A stretch of DNA of 62,948 nt, filler included, from Licmophora abbreviata (Eukaryota): NCBI GenBank assembly GCA_900291995.1. It is 17 parts of 17 records of this genome, joined end to end, with 100 filler letters (N's around TTAATTAATTAA, not from the genome) between each part and the next. Parts side by side here need not be neighbours in the genome. Positions count along the whole stretch, not along the records: positions 17,142 to 21,910 come from OLMU01003444.1; positions 22,011 to 28,130 come from OLMU01003445.1; positions 28,231 to 31,831 come from OLMU01003446.1; positions 31,932 to 37,527 come from OLMU01003447.1; 13 more parts are not named here. One strand, given 5' to 3'. Every line of letters starts with the position of its first letter. Position 1 is the stretch's first letter. Below the pieces are notes generated by a model, which made no database searches, had not been told where the DNA came from, and was given only the letters and a program-made list of their open reading frames with translations. The position numbers and the translations under genes were made by a program. Below are positions 21,736 through 34,226 of this stretch, in pieces.

Positions 21736-24700
21736 TTAAGCAGCTATCTTGCCATGTTGCTTCCCTTTTGGTTTGCTTTTCCGAATTGTATCAGTCTTCC
21801 ACTTGCCTTCGTTCTTTCGTGCCGACTCTATGGAACGCGCTGCTCCGTAAGTATCCTCCCCACCTGAATGCCATGGATTCGCGTTGTTCCCATTTTTGTC
21901 TACTAACTTGNNNNNNNNNNNNNNNNNNNNNNNNNNNNNNNNNNNNNNNNNNNNTTAATTAATTAANNNNNNNNNNNNNNNNNNNNNNNNNNNNNNNNNN
22001 NNNNNNNNNNCGTTGTTCCCATTTTTGTCTACTAACTTGCCCCAGCGATTGCGCTTTGTTTCCTTGACTCGCAGTTCGACCGGCCCATGAGCAAAGACGC
22101 ACTTATTCTTTCGTCGCATCGGACAGAAGGTCCCTTCACTAACGTCCCAGTGATTACACAATCTCGTGCGAAATTTGGGATCCTCTGCGCAACGTTTCAC
22201 ACTATTGTCTTTCTTGCAAATGCTTGCCCCTGTGCGTCGTATCCACTCGTCATCTGATCGGATCCAACCTCTGCAGTTGAAGGTTTTGGCAGCTGCACTG
22301 CCTTCCCATATCACGATGTCTTCTGGAGCCACGTCTGCCGTTGTTGTGGTATCTACAAGGAATGCGGCCCGTTCTTTCGTTAACGCTTCGGCCGTGGAAA
22401 GACATTCAATCTCGTCGGATTCTTGAGTTTCAACCCCACCACCAACCTGTGGAATCTCCCACTCTGTAGAAAGCGTGGTTGCGTTCTCGTCAGGTATGTC
22501 CTTCGAGACGAGAGGCGACACAGCAGAGATCCCCACTGAACCCAGCGGCGTCTCTGGTTGAACTCGAGAGATTCTAGACTGGTCAATGAGTTCCTGGGGC
22601 TCCTCATCGACACTGATACTTGAAGTTTTCATGTGTCGCTTACCGTCAGTCGGAATACTATACTTGGCGGCGATGGGGTCGTCGGCTGTCGTAAACTCGC
22701 AGCAGATCGTGTAACAATGTAGCACAAGACGGGGAAATTGTGCTTCGAAATACGGCATCAGACCATCTGGGTTTGATCCAGTTCGATCCTTCACGCTACT
22801 GGGCAATTCATCGTAGTGATGATGCTTATTCCGTATCAATCGGAGACAGTCGCGAATTGAAGACGGGTCATACGTTCGGAAACGTGAGACATTGTCGAGC
22901 AAGTCGTCGTCGAGCTTCTTGTCCCAGGCGATACCGACGACCTGAGCGGCATTGCGTTCAATGACCAGTGAGTTTCCACTGAGGGGCAGGCCTTGCCCAG
23001 GATCTAGGTCAGCCCCTGATTCCAGTCGATCGGAAACGTCGCATAGAAACGCTAGTCGTCGATGCGCGCTCCAGAAGAATGGATGGTTGCAGACCTGCTC
23101 CGCTGTGGGGCGTGCTTTTGGAGCACGTTGGATCATTGAGGATACCAAGTGATGCGCATCCGGAGAGATCTTACTGAGGTCATCAATACAGGGATTGTTT
23201 TTCATTATGTTTGCTTCTCGTTCGTACCAGTCACCAAACGGATGCGTCCCTGGCACAAGAAAGCAGTAAAAAATACACCCCAGAGAGAATATGTCGGAAG
23301 ATCGACTCGTCCGTGTACTTGCGGCCGCGTCCAATGGCGAGGCATCAGCGAAAGAGTCTTGGCCTTGTGAGCTGCCTTCGGAAGGAGTGGAGCTTACATC
23401 GAGTGTCCATCGCTGTACCATGACTTCAGGAGCTTGCCAGCCGACGCTACCAGGGCCAGCACCGCCAAGAGTCGATCCGCCAGCGTTTGATACACCTGTC
23501 AGGGATGCATTCCCTAAAGTGCTCAAGCCAAAGCTACTCTGTCCTGCCAACTGCTTGCCAAGGCCCATATCAGAAATCTTGGCAATATAGTGGCCATTCT
23601 CAAAGTGTGCGTATATGCACTCATCGTTTTGTTCGCTGGAGTCTCGTCTTCCCAGCTCCTTTCGCTTCGTGCTGGACTTGGCCAAAAGAATATTGGCAGG
23701 CTTCAAGTCTCGATGTACAATACGCAGTCCATGAATATGTCTGATCCCAGAAGCGATCTGCAACAGCGTCGATCGCACTGCGTCCTTCGCAATGTCATGT
23801 TCACTGTGAAGACTTAATCTCCCGATCAGATCGTGTAGCGACAAGTCGCACAGCTCTAATGCCAAATATACAAAGTCGCCTCGGACCTCCTTGAGGAAGT
23901 AGCGAACGACATTTGGGTGTCCGTCACTTTCGATGAGAAGAGAAATCTCGCGATCGGCGCTTGCATGGTACGTCTTGAGCATTCTCTTGACAGCAACCAT
24001 TCGACCCTCCAACATGCCTCTGTAAACAACCGTCCCATGTCCTCCATAACCAAGGACTTCTTCCGTGACCTGTATCACGCCAACATCTCGGATAACCGCC
24101 CCGGAGCTGTCTAGTGATAGCATTTTGCTTGTTGCATCTTCAAGGCGACCGGCAACCGTTTGTCGGTTTTGACGCTGGCGTCTTCCAAGCTCAAATGATA
24201 AGAAAAACAGCAGTATCATTGTTGAGGGAAGCCATGACGCCATGATACGAAAGAACGCTCGCGATTTCTTTCGATTCTGCAAGTCCTGCATATCTTCCTG
24301 CGCAACGTAACCAAGTTGCGGATGGTATTGAATGGTGACTGCGCCATTCTGATTGAGGGCAAGTGCATTTTCGCCTCCGAGAAAAGACTCTTGTTGTGAC
24401 CGCCCCCCTAAGAGGTCAAGATTGTGAAAGGGACCCACGAGACAACCTGGGAAACCAGGGCTTGTCGGGTTGCAAGTTCGTTTTCGCTTGTCAGCGCCAG
24501 CACGCGAGTGGGCTGAGACATCCTGGACGTGAGATGAAGCGTGTCGACCAGCCAAAGCGGCAACATCAGTATGCATTGTCGACACGAGAGCCGATGACGA
24601 GGATGCTGCTGCGGTGTGTTGGTGCGGCAGGCCCAGCGGATGGGTGTGCTTGGAGGCTCGACTGATATCTCGTCTTCCAAGAGGCATGGCGTACAGCTGA

Positions 24701-26001
24701 CCAGTAGACAGGGCGTTGACAATCGTCCGCGGCCCGCTCTCATCCGGATGATCACGGAACTCCTTAATCTGTCTCTCAAGTTCTTGTGACAGGTACTCCG
24801 CCGACCCACTCGGAACTGTAGCGTCAGGAAGGATTTCGACCCCAAGAGACGCACCCGACGACGAGTCCACCGCAAACGCCACCGGCGTGTCGAACGCCTC
24901 TTCAGCTACCCAACGAATCTGTCCCGTCTCCGGATCGCGCATGGCAACGTTTCCACTCGGCGTTGCTATCAGTAGCGACGACTTGGATGCGGCAGCGAAA
25001 GAGTTTGAGTTACCAGCCGTTGGTAACAAGAGTGTCGTCGCGAGTTGCTGACCGGCAGAGTGAGACCCGCTTCCCGTCATCATGTCATTAACGCTCATGA
25101 CTTCCGCAGAAGAAAATTCGACATCTGAATCACCACTTCGGGCGTCGTATAAAGATACTGAGTAGTCGACCCTTCCCAGCCAAACGACGTTTCGTCCATC
25201 CAAAGTGGTCTTGTCCATACTCTCAGTTTGTTCTGGCGACACTATACGTAGGATCTCCCCCGTCTCGCTATCCAGCGCAGCAGCTGTTGAATGTCTAGAT
25301 CCGACATAGAAGCGCCCTCTTGCGTCGACGAAAGGCGCTCTCGCGACCAGTTCTTGTACGGTTGTGCTCGCAGATAGGTCTTTTGGCGATGTGCCACTCA
25401 TTTCTCCTCGCCCAGCCGTAAGATAAACCCTGCCGTCTACACTGGGGACAGCCGCTGTTCTCCACTCCTGGCTGCTTGAAGTAGATTTTATCGTAGTTGT
25501 TGTCGACACTAGAGGACTCAAAAGACGACTATCACTCTCATTGTCGAAAGGGTGGCTTGCCCGATGATCTTTCGATGACTGAGGCCTCATGTAATCGCTC
25601 TTCTTTTCATGCTCAGCGCACTCGTCCGACGTATTCACTCGTTGTGACTTGCTCTGCTGTTTCCAAAGCGTCTCCCCAGTCCTTCTGGACAGCCCCGCCA
25701 GCGTCCCATCGACCGTCGCGACAACGATCACGTGTTCGTCGTCAGGACTCCTTCGTTTCGAATCGCCCCGCCAGTTCTGCGCCAAGTCTTCCAATTCTAC
25801 AGATTCGTCCGATTGCTCTGGCAAATTCAATTGTTCCTGTACACCATGATTCGGGGAAGTAGCGACGGCGTGACAAGTCTCAATCTTTCTGTGAGAAATT
25901 GCCAAACTGACCAGCATCCAAGTGTTGATCCAGAGAGCTCGACGCAGCGACCGTCGAGTTCCCGACTCCCTCATTGTCACTTTGTTTTGGTCGCTTTCCA
26001 T
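21736..26001 (-). CDS. IRE1: IRE1 ER-stress sensor (luminal domain, TM, kinase, KEN RNase) with C-terminal CCCH zinc finger; spans spacer 21911-22010
   Basis: Luminal VATVDGTL...TGETLWK. TM WLPSTMILLFFLSF. Kinase LGYGGHGTVVY, SDGHPNVVRY, HRDLKPANIL, SDMGL, WQAPE. KEN DCLRLIRNKHHHY. Contig ends overlap (KLVDKNGNN), so the frame continues to TAA at 21736. Confidence 0.95.
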
Positions 26002-26392
26002 TTCTGGATCTCGGTCAGACTTTTTCCTCTCTTGCACCTGATGTTATGTTTCTTTTCGTCGTTGAGAGTCTCCTATGTATGCATGAGGAAGCCAGAAGGT
26101 TGATCACAGACACCGGCGCGTGATGTGATGGTGTAAAGTTTGACAAGAACAACGAGGATCACGATATCGACTGTGACGACGGCCAGACTCGCAAGACTGA
26201 CGCGGAACCGCACATTTGATGAGGTTATACAGGCGAGTCGAGTCTATGATAAGCCTACAAACCGTAGGGTAATTGATGTAGTACCTTATAGGGCGATTAC
26301 CACGAGCTGCCTATTCTCGTTCAAGCCTACCCTTGTTGAACGGCAAGCTTAGTTACTATAGTATATCATCCCTTTTCAATTCACTAATGCAA

Positions 26393-27640
26393 CTATCTGG
26401 TCATCTCATCGAATGTAGGACCTAGCTGATCCAAAATGTCCGGAGCCGTCATGGCACGACGCTTGCCTTCAAAGGCTCGTTTCGTAGCTAATTTTGACCA
26501 CACAGCAAGCTGACCAGCATGAGAGTGGGAGATCGACAGCTTTTCCTTCATCTGACAAGATATGATTCCAAGCGCAAAAGGTTCCTAGGGTGCCGGCCAA
26601 AATATCTCCGATCCCACCACTGCGCTTCAACCCGCCTTCCTCGTTGCAGATTAGCGTCTTGTCACCAGCCAAGATCTCGTCGTACTGACCCTTCTTCACA
26701 ACAATGGCATGGTCTGGGATGAAGGGTTTGCCCAAATCTCGATGTTGTGCATCCATGAGTCGTTTGAACTCCACAACATTGGGCGTCAGAACGACGTTTC
26801 GATAGTCTCTTACTAGCGATAACAGCTCGTGGTAGCGTTCCAGAGTCAACATGTAGAGCGCGTCAGCATCCATGATCAGTGGAAGATCATGTTGTATGGC
26901 TTGCTGTACGATACGTGAGGTTGCCTCCATAACCAAAGGACATCGTCCGAGGCCAGGTCCCACTACCAAGGTATGCATGCGAGGAATCATGGAGACAACC
27001 TCTGAGACCATCTTGCCCAAGAGAGCTCTGGCCAAACGACGACACGATCGTGGTTGTGTGAGAACCATACACTGGACATTGCGGTGGTTACACACATGTG
27101 GAGAGTGACTTACTCTGTTTCTTCCTGTTGCTCGCTCCCTTGCTCAACTGCTCTATCAAATAGCTTGGCACTATACACGGGTGAGACCATGAGTTCCGGT
27201 GAATAGCACTTGATGGCGTTCGCGGCTTCTTCCGCACAAAACACATAGGCCAAATCTGCCCCCACTTTTAAACTGGCCATAGCTGCGTAGTATGGCGCTC
27301 CCGTATATCGTGCACTTCCTCCTAGGATACCAATACGTCCCGACGAGCCCTTGTGTGAGGAGGAGGAGAGCGGGACAATACATTTTTGAAGGGCTTGTAT
27401 CTTGCCATCGTCCCACGATAACGTTGATGACGACGACAGGACCGTTCTAGGAGTCATACCGATACAACGTTGTCTCCCAGGAAGCCATCCGCACGCGGTG
27501 ACGAGTGAGGTACAGCGAAATGAAGTGCAGTCGCAGAAGTGGGACGAGACAGAGAACGCTGCGGCAGATTTCGTCGTGGTGGACCCAAGATACGCAGCCA
27601 GAGAAACAGAAAATGTTCTCCACGAGCCGCGTGGTAGCAT
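26393..27640 (-). CDS. NAXD: ATP-dependent NAD(P)HX dehydratase; intron 27028-27113; apparent +1 frameshift near 26492
   Basis: [62 protein letters not shown]. The C-terminus (ATKRAF...AMTAPDIL) lies in the next frame. Confidence 0.93.
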
Positions 27641-27918
27641 TTATTGTTCTACTGAATATAATGGAGGACAGTGTGCTTAGAACACGAGATCTTGGTTCCG
27701 AGCTGTCGATATTGTCATGGTCGCGTCGAGAACATTTTCGACTTGCGACATGATGGAAAAAGCGCGCCAAACATGATAGAGTCGAGTGAGTCGACATACA
27801 TCAACTAGCACCCTCGGGTCTATCATCCATCATCCACTATCCATTACTAGAGCTACTTTGCACTAATTGTTCGCCTATCCCTGCCCTTGGCGCCTAAGCT
27901 TGTTACCTCGGTCCTACT

Positions 27919-29819
27919 CTACTGCTGTTGCTCGGCGTGGAGGGTAATGCGATCGTCGATACGGAGAATCGTAATGGCCGCCTCCGTGGCGAATCGTAAA
28001 CTCTTGATCTTTGACATGGCAGGTTCGACAACACCGGCGGCGATATTATCCCGTATTGTGCCGTCAATCAAGTCCAGCCCATAGTACTTGAGGGATTCGT
28101 CTTCTCCATCCTTTTGACTTTTCGCATGGANNNNNNNNNNNNNNNNNNNNNNNNNNNNNNNNNNNNNNNNNNNNTTAATTAATTAANNNNNNNNNNNNNN
28201 NNNNNNNNNNNNNNNNNNNNNNNNNNNNNNCCGAACGGAGTCGAGCCACTAGCTCGGAGCTGTCCTTGGCTGCATTCACGGCGAGCGTCTTGGGGATCAC
28301 CAAGAGTGCATCAGCATACTCTTGAATCGCAAGCTGCTCGCGCGTGTCGAGCGTCGTCGCATACTCCTCGAGATACACGGACAAAGCCGCTTCCACAGCT
28401 CCTCCACCAGGAACGAGCGTGCTGGATTCCAACATGCGTTTGACGACACACAGAGAATCATGCAAGGCACGGTCCATCTCGTCTAGCATGTACTCGTTGG
28501 CACCCCGAAGCACAATCGTGGACGCTCCATGACCTTGACAGCCATACACGTACAGCATTTCCCCATCACCCACACGCACTTCTCTCACCGCCTCGCACGT
28601 TCCGATACACTCGGTATCAAACGACTCGTTTCCTTCCATATCGGCCATCGTCACCACTACCTTGCCACCCGTTGCCTTCGCGAGACGCTTCAAGTCATCC
28701 TTGTCACAACGGCGAGCACAAATGACTCCTGCTTCCACAAAATACTTCATGCAGGTGTCATCCACTCCCTTGGTAGTCAGTACGACTTTGACTCCCGTAT
28801 TGAGGATCTTTTGAATACGCTCTTTGGTAATATCCAATTCCCGCTGGCGAATGTTTTCGATTTCGGCAGGATCCGTCACGGTAATTTGAACACCGAGTCC
28901 CATACGATGACGCTGCAAGTTCATATCCAACATGGCAATCCTGACATTACCGCCTTCGACAAAAGTGGGCATGCCTTGGGCAGCGCGTGTGGCATTCAAG
29001 GCGAAACCTCCAGATACCAAGTGAGACTCAGCAGAACTCTTGCCGTGGGCCTTGAGAATGTGAATGGCGCTAAGAGGGTACTTGTACTTGCCTCCGGCTG
29101 CAGCGCTCTTCATTTGGACGGATTTGACGGCGTCCACCGCGAGTTTTGCAAAGAAATCGGAATCTGTTCCGATAATCTTGCTTGACATGCTCGTCTTGGC
29201 CGCTTGCAAGAGATGTTCGTCCCCAAGTTGAGATACCTGTAGAACCATGGTCTGTTTGAGATAGGCGACAGCAGCTTTGAGCGCGACACGGTATCCAGCG
29301 AGAATGGTGGTGGGGTGAAGTCCCTGCTTGACGAGTTCATTGCCTCGCTTGAGTAGTTCGGCGGCAATGAGGACGACCGACGTGGTCCCATCTCCGACTT
29401 CTTGATCTTGCAGTTGGGCCAGATCAACCAAGACACGCGCAGCAGGATGTTCGACTTCGAGCTGTTGAAGAATGGTGGCGCCGTCGTTGGTAATGGTCAC
29501 GTCGCCGATATCGTCCACGAGCATCTTGTCCAAGCCGACGGGACCGAGCGACGTCTTGACAATATTGGCCACAGCCACGGCGGCGGTCACGTTACCAGTT
29601 CGGACATCCTCTCCCGATTCTCGAGAGCCATTGAAAAACTAAGTCGATAGTAAGAGAGAGAAGGGGCGTGCCGGTGAGATACTGTAACTTCGTTGAGCGC
29701 AAAGCAGCCAAACAAGGTTTCGGGAGTGCCGCGGCTCCTTTCATTTTTTCAATTTTAGACAACACGCACGAACTCATCCATACACGTACCAGTCCAGTTC
29801 CAGAAGATTGAGACTCCAT
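27919..29819 (-). CDS. CCT1: T-complex protein 1 subunit alpha; intron 29639-29789; spans spacer 28131-28230
   Basis: [44 protein letters not shown]-terminal [27 protein letters not shown] lies beyond the gap. Confidence 0.96.
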
Positions 29820-30076
29820 TGTATTGTCGCAATAATTTGATCCGGCCGAAGCGAGTATCAGAGACCAAAACGAATGTCTACCGCCTTAGCTGGAGATGCA
29901 ATGCGCTTGTCGAGTCGCCAGTTTCGTGAGAGCGTAAAAAGTGAAAAGTGAGGATGGACGCGCGAGAGATTCGCGCGTAGAAAGAAAATTTGTGCGGCTG
30001 ACAATGGACCTCGCAAGGGAGGATAGAGCTCGCATAACAGTAAAGGCACTAACCCGGACATTCTTTGCGCTGTGCG

Positions 30077-30655
30077 ATGATGCCGCACAACACGAACGCG
30101 AAGAGTACGACGATGATGACGAGAACGACGACACCTTTTGCGGGCTTTGACGCTTCCAAATGGCAATCGGTGCTGCTTATTCTATCTCTATTGCTATGTG
30201 GCAGTAATGGATTGTCGAAATCGAATGGAATAACGACGAATGAAGTCACAGAAGCGGACAATATGGTTCACAACAGTAAGCATCACCGCCGAGAAATGGT
30301 GGGGGCCTATTTTCCTGCGGATCCAAAAGATCCCTTTGTCCAAGAGGCCGTGCGATTCTGTCTTCCTCAAATTGCATCTCAGAAGGACTATTCATTTGTC
30401 GCCGGTCTTCCTCACGACTTTCACTATGAAACGATTGACGCGCAGCAACAGGTCGTGGCGGGACGAAACTACAGGCTTGTGATTGAATTAGTGTCAGATG
30501 ACATGACAGACAACGCGAAGAACTGCCTTGGAGCGTTCCACATCACTATTTACGATCACTTTGGAGAATTGAGCATCACACATTGGGGTGACGAATTGAC
30601 CTGCACGGAAGCGACGAAACTCAAGGAAAAGCTTGCCAACGAGAATTCTGACTAG
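30077..30655 (+). CDS. Secreted cystatin-like cysteine protease inhibitor
   Basis: Hydrophobic signal, conserved N-terminal Gly (MVGAY) and QQVVAG (QxVxG) followed by NYRL. Start codon uncertain. Confidence 0.85.
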   Translation: MMPHNTNAKSTTMMTRTTTPFAGFDASKWQSVLLILSLLLCGSNGLSKSNGITTNEVTEADNMVHNSKHHRREMVGAYFPADPKDPFVQEAVRFCLPQIASQKDYSFVAGLPHDFHYETIDAQQQVVAGRNYRLVIELVSDDMTDNAKNCLGAFHITIYDHFGELSITHWGDELTCTEATKLKEKLANENSD

Positions 30656-31503
30656 GTCTATAGAGCAACTCTACTGTTGGTGCGTAGAGAGGTCGAGGCG
30701 GTCTCATTGGTCGACTCTGTACTTACGATATTGTAAATAACTTATATTTGCGCAGCAGAGCAGGTGAAAAGCTGTTGCCGCCGCCCGTAGTGCCTCCGAC
30801 TTTGTAATAGCAATTGCCTCCCTAGTAGAGGTCCACAGGAACCACGCAGACTAGGTTGACCAGCCTGCGATCCACTGCATCTCGTCAGCTGGAGCTACAC
30901 TCAAACACAGACTCGACTCAGGCCCAACTCAACAGTCAACATCATCATCATCATTGTGTTTGACTATCAATCCGGAGCTACTGTAGGGCGATGGGCAGAC
31001 GTATCGCGATGAGAGTGAATCATAACCTCAATATGATACAGCCCTGATTGCCACTATGGCTAAATATATCAATTTAGTATTGACCATCTCGGAGTGAATT
31101 GTTCCTTACGAAAGATCAGCTGGTTCGCTGTTCTGGCAGTCCACACACCATCACAAGGACCGTTTAGAGGTGCGTGAGATGACCGTGACCGATTCTTTGC
31201 ATGACGCTTCCGCCGCTTGTATGGATGCCTGGCGTCTTTGTACATTCCAACGGAAGACATGACTTCACTTTGGGAAAAGAAAGAGGTCAAGGGCGCGACA
31301 GAAACGCAATCGCTTTTCACGTGTCACACTCGGACATGCCTTCCACGAAAGCTCGTGAGACGGAGCTCGATAGCACGTTCTGTGGCGCGTCTCGAAAAGC
31401 TCTCAAGTGTACGGTCAATTTTGCTTGCAGCTTGTAGCTAACATGTCCATTCTCGGCTCTTTTCCGCTACCGGTACGCAGACGTACAGGCACAAAGAAGT
31501 ATC

Positions 31504-31764
31504 ATGTCGGAAGAAAAAGATAAGCGTCAACCTAGGAGCAAGGTTTGCTACAACTGTGGCGAGGTATGTCGAGAAGGCTAACATAGCCTACGTCGGTGTT
31601 TCGCTGTTTCTCACGTTTCCCGCGATCTCTGTATGATCCCAATCGTATTTGGTGCAGGCGGGCCACATTGCCAGGGGATGTTCCAACCCACGTTTGGAAG
31701 GTGACGACAGGGAGAAGATTAACTCTGCTCGCATGTCCTATCGTCGCTGCTTCAATTGCGGAAA
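31504..31764 (+). CDS. CNBP/Gis2-like CCHC zinc-knuckle protein, 3' truncated by gap; introns 31564-31657 and from 31765
   Basis: Spliced reading MSEEKDKRQPRSKVCYNCGE|AGHIARGCSNP...RRCFNCGK gives CX2CX4HX4C knuckles. Confidence 0.85.
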
Positions 31765-32305
31765 GTAAGTTCCTTCCATTCGCTAATGCACGCGTTATTT
31801 TGAAGCACGTTGTACTAACTCACCATCACCANNNNNNNNNNNNNNNNNNNNNNNNNNNNNNNNNNNNNNNNNNNNTTAATTAATTAANNNNNNNNNNNNN
31901 NNNNNNNNNNNNNNNNNNNNNNNNNNNNNNNTACTCACTTCTATATGTAAGTTTTATTACAAGGAAGAAACAACTACCGTCCTTCAGATGATGCGGCCAT
32001 TGCGCCGAAAATAATACATATGTTAGAACGGTGTTCGATTGCCGAGAATTTCCAGTTTGACTGATGGAGAGAAGACTTGTGCCCTCGAGAAGTGCCTGAA
32101 TGTAACCACGGTTGTCCCCCATTACCTCGCCTTCTCACGAGTCATTGCTCCCCATATCACACTCTTAAATTGCTCCGTAGGTTAAGGAGGGGCGCGCGAG
32201 CTCACTGGCCGACCAGAGAATGAACGAGCTCCTATTGTGTTTCCATTTCTGTCGCTTCTCCTCAAAACGGTATGGCGAGAATGAAATCAAGAATAGATAT
32301 CGCAA

Positions 32306-33916
32306 TTATGTGTTACCTTTTGCATTCTTGTATTCACGACGTTTCCACTGCCGAAACACCCGGTGTCGTTGCAGCAAGCTGTCCTTGGCACGCTCGTAAT
32401 CTGACGAGACTGAACGCTTGAGCTTACGCAAATCTGAGAGTGAAGGCGACACCTGTTTGCTGCACTGTTTAGTCCACGATCTCGATTGACCACTAGATGG
32501 AGCGGTGCCGTAGTGAAAATACTGTCGCGTCAGTTCCGCAGTACAGACGAGAGATGGACACTCGATTCGTTCGCCGCCACATCCCGGATCATGGCTGCTG
32601 CTGGAAGAGTCAGAGGCCAGACCCGTAGTCCCATCAATACACTCTGCCATTCGACTCCTATCGCGGCGCTCCTCTGCGATCGAAACCCACCAGACCCACG
32701 ACAGAGTCGAATCGAATGTCACATCCTTCCCTTTCAACTCGGCCGCCGCCATGTCGAGGACTCCCCCATCATCCATGTAGACGGTCGTACCCATAATTGC
32801 GGGATGCTGAAGTGAATACGGCTTGTTTGCATCCGTGCTAACACCCTCGTTCTTGGGGATACACATTTCGGGAAAACCATGAGCTCGACAACAGAGGGCT
32901 CGCCGACAAACGATTGGTGTCAACTTGCGTCCGACTGTGACGCTCGTCAAATACAGCGGTGCGGCAAAGACGGACGACAATAGTGATCCCTGCACCCCCA
33001 AGCAGTTCCAGCGACATATTTTATCCGAGCAAGTGTGCAGCGATCCCTTGTGGAACGATGGTATCGACGTTCCTGGCGGACACCAATCGTCGTTCGCCTT
33101 TGAGGGCCATAACTTTCCTTTTGGCACGTGGAACTCACGACTGTCTAGCCCCTCGTGGGGTGCAAACACATCCCTCTTGACAAGCAAGGCAAAACCTCCC
33201 AGTTTGATGGAATGTGTGGGAATCAGTTCGTGATTGGAATGTGGCCATTCATCCGAACCCAGGGAATTGTCAAACGTTTCACGTTGCATCTTGGTAAACT
33301 TCTTCAGAGTAGCATTACCACACGGAGCCGAGCTTGAATACAGGTGCAGAGTCACGCCTGGCCTCAACTCAAACAAAGGATTCTCCTCCTCGGTCGGCTG
33401 CAAGATCGGTCGACTCTCAGCCATATCCTGGAGCTGGTTCTTCCCATGATCACTACTTCTGTGAGTTCGCATTCGCAAAAGCTCCAGCCCCATTTGTCGT
33501 CGTAGCCCTCGGCGCGCAAGTACTTCTGCATGGCAGTCCCGTACTCTCCAGCCATAGCCATTTAAATCAGCATCGCCATTGGTTTGTTCCGAAACATGTA
33601 CTCGTCCCTCTTCTTCCCGTAGTTTTTCTTCCGTCAGGAACTTGGTTCCGACCCCGAGACTCAATACTTGCAACTCCCCAGTATCCTCAAAGTGAGCGAC
33701 AATGGCAGCCACGACCGTCTGCGGCTGTTTCTCTCGAAAGCTTGTCGGCACACACGTCCGGTAGGTATCGAGAGAGATGCGCGCTACACGATCGGCAAAC
33801 TGACATGTCCCTGTACGACGCTTTTCGACGTGTCGGACAGCGCCTGGGGAGTGCCGAAGCTTCTTCTTGCTTTGGGGGTCAACGAGATTCGAGACACTGC
33901 CTGTCTCGCCCGACAT
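32306..33916 (-). CDS. Adenosine deaminase of the ADAT1/ADAR catalytic family (no dsRBD)
   Basis: LGVGTK, DCHAEVLARR, SSAPCGNA, TCSDKICRWNCLGVQGSLLS. C-terminal Y..AK..L...F..W. Confidence 0.9.
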   Translation of the reverse strand: MSGETGSVSNLVDPQSKKKLRHSPGAVRHVEKRRTGTCQFADRVARISLDTYRTCVPTSFREKQPQTVVAAIVAHFEDTGELQVLSLGVGTKFLTEEKLREEEGRVHVSEQTNGDADLNGYGWRVRDCHAEVLARRGLRRQMGLELLRMRTHRSSDHGKNQLQDMAESRPILQPTEEENPLFELRPGVTLHLYSSSAPCGNATLKKFTKMQRETFDNSLGSDEWPHSNHELIPTHSIKLGGFALLVKRDVFAPHEGLDSREFHVPKGKLWPSKANDDWCPPGTSIPSFHKGSLHTCSDKICRWNCLGVQGSLLSSVFAAPLYLTSVTVGRKLTPIVCRRALCCRAHGFPEMCIPKNEGVSTDANKPYSLQHPAIMGTTVYMDDGGVLDMAAAELKGKDVTFDSTLSWVWWVSIAEERRDRSRMAECIDGTTGLASDSSSSSHDPGCGGERIECPSLVCTAELTRQYFHYGTAPSSGQSRSWTKQCSKQVSPSLSDLRKLKRSVSSDYERAKDSLLQRHRVFRQWKRREYKNAKGNT

Positions 33917-34226
33917 GATCGCGTACAGGTAGAGTAGCGCACAGTACGACTGGACAAGGCGCTGATGCCTTTCGATGGCAGATCGTCAACATCGCACCAT
34001 GGTTGTGCGTCGAATACCGTCGTCGCGAAAATGTGACCCAACACTTGTGTGTACATCTTCGTACGATTTCTACTCAGACGAGCTCCAATCACGACGGAAA
34101 TCAACTGGAGCTCTCGGTCTGGTTTGAGTACCTTTTCGCGATCAACATGATGGGCGTCGAAAGAGAGTGGCGGCCTTCGTTTCCACAATACCGATCACCT
34201 TACTCAAGATATCATTGAACGTTACG

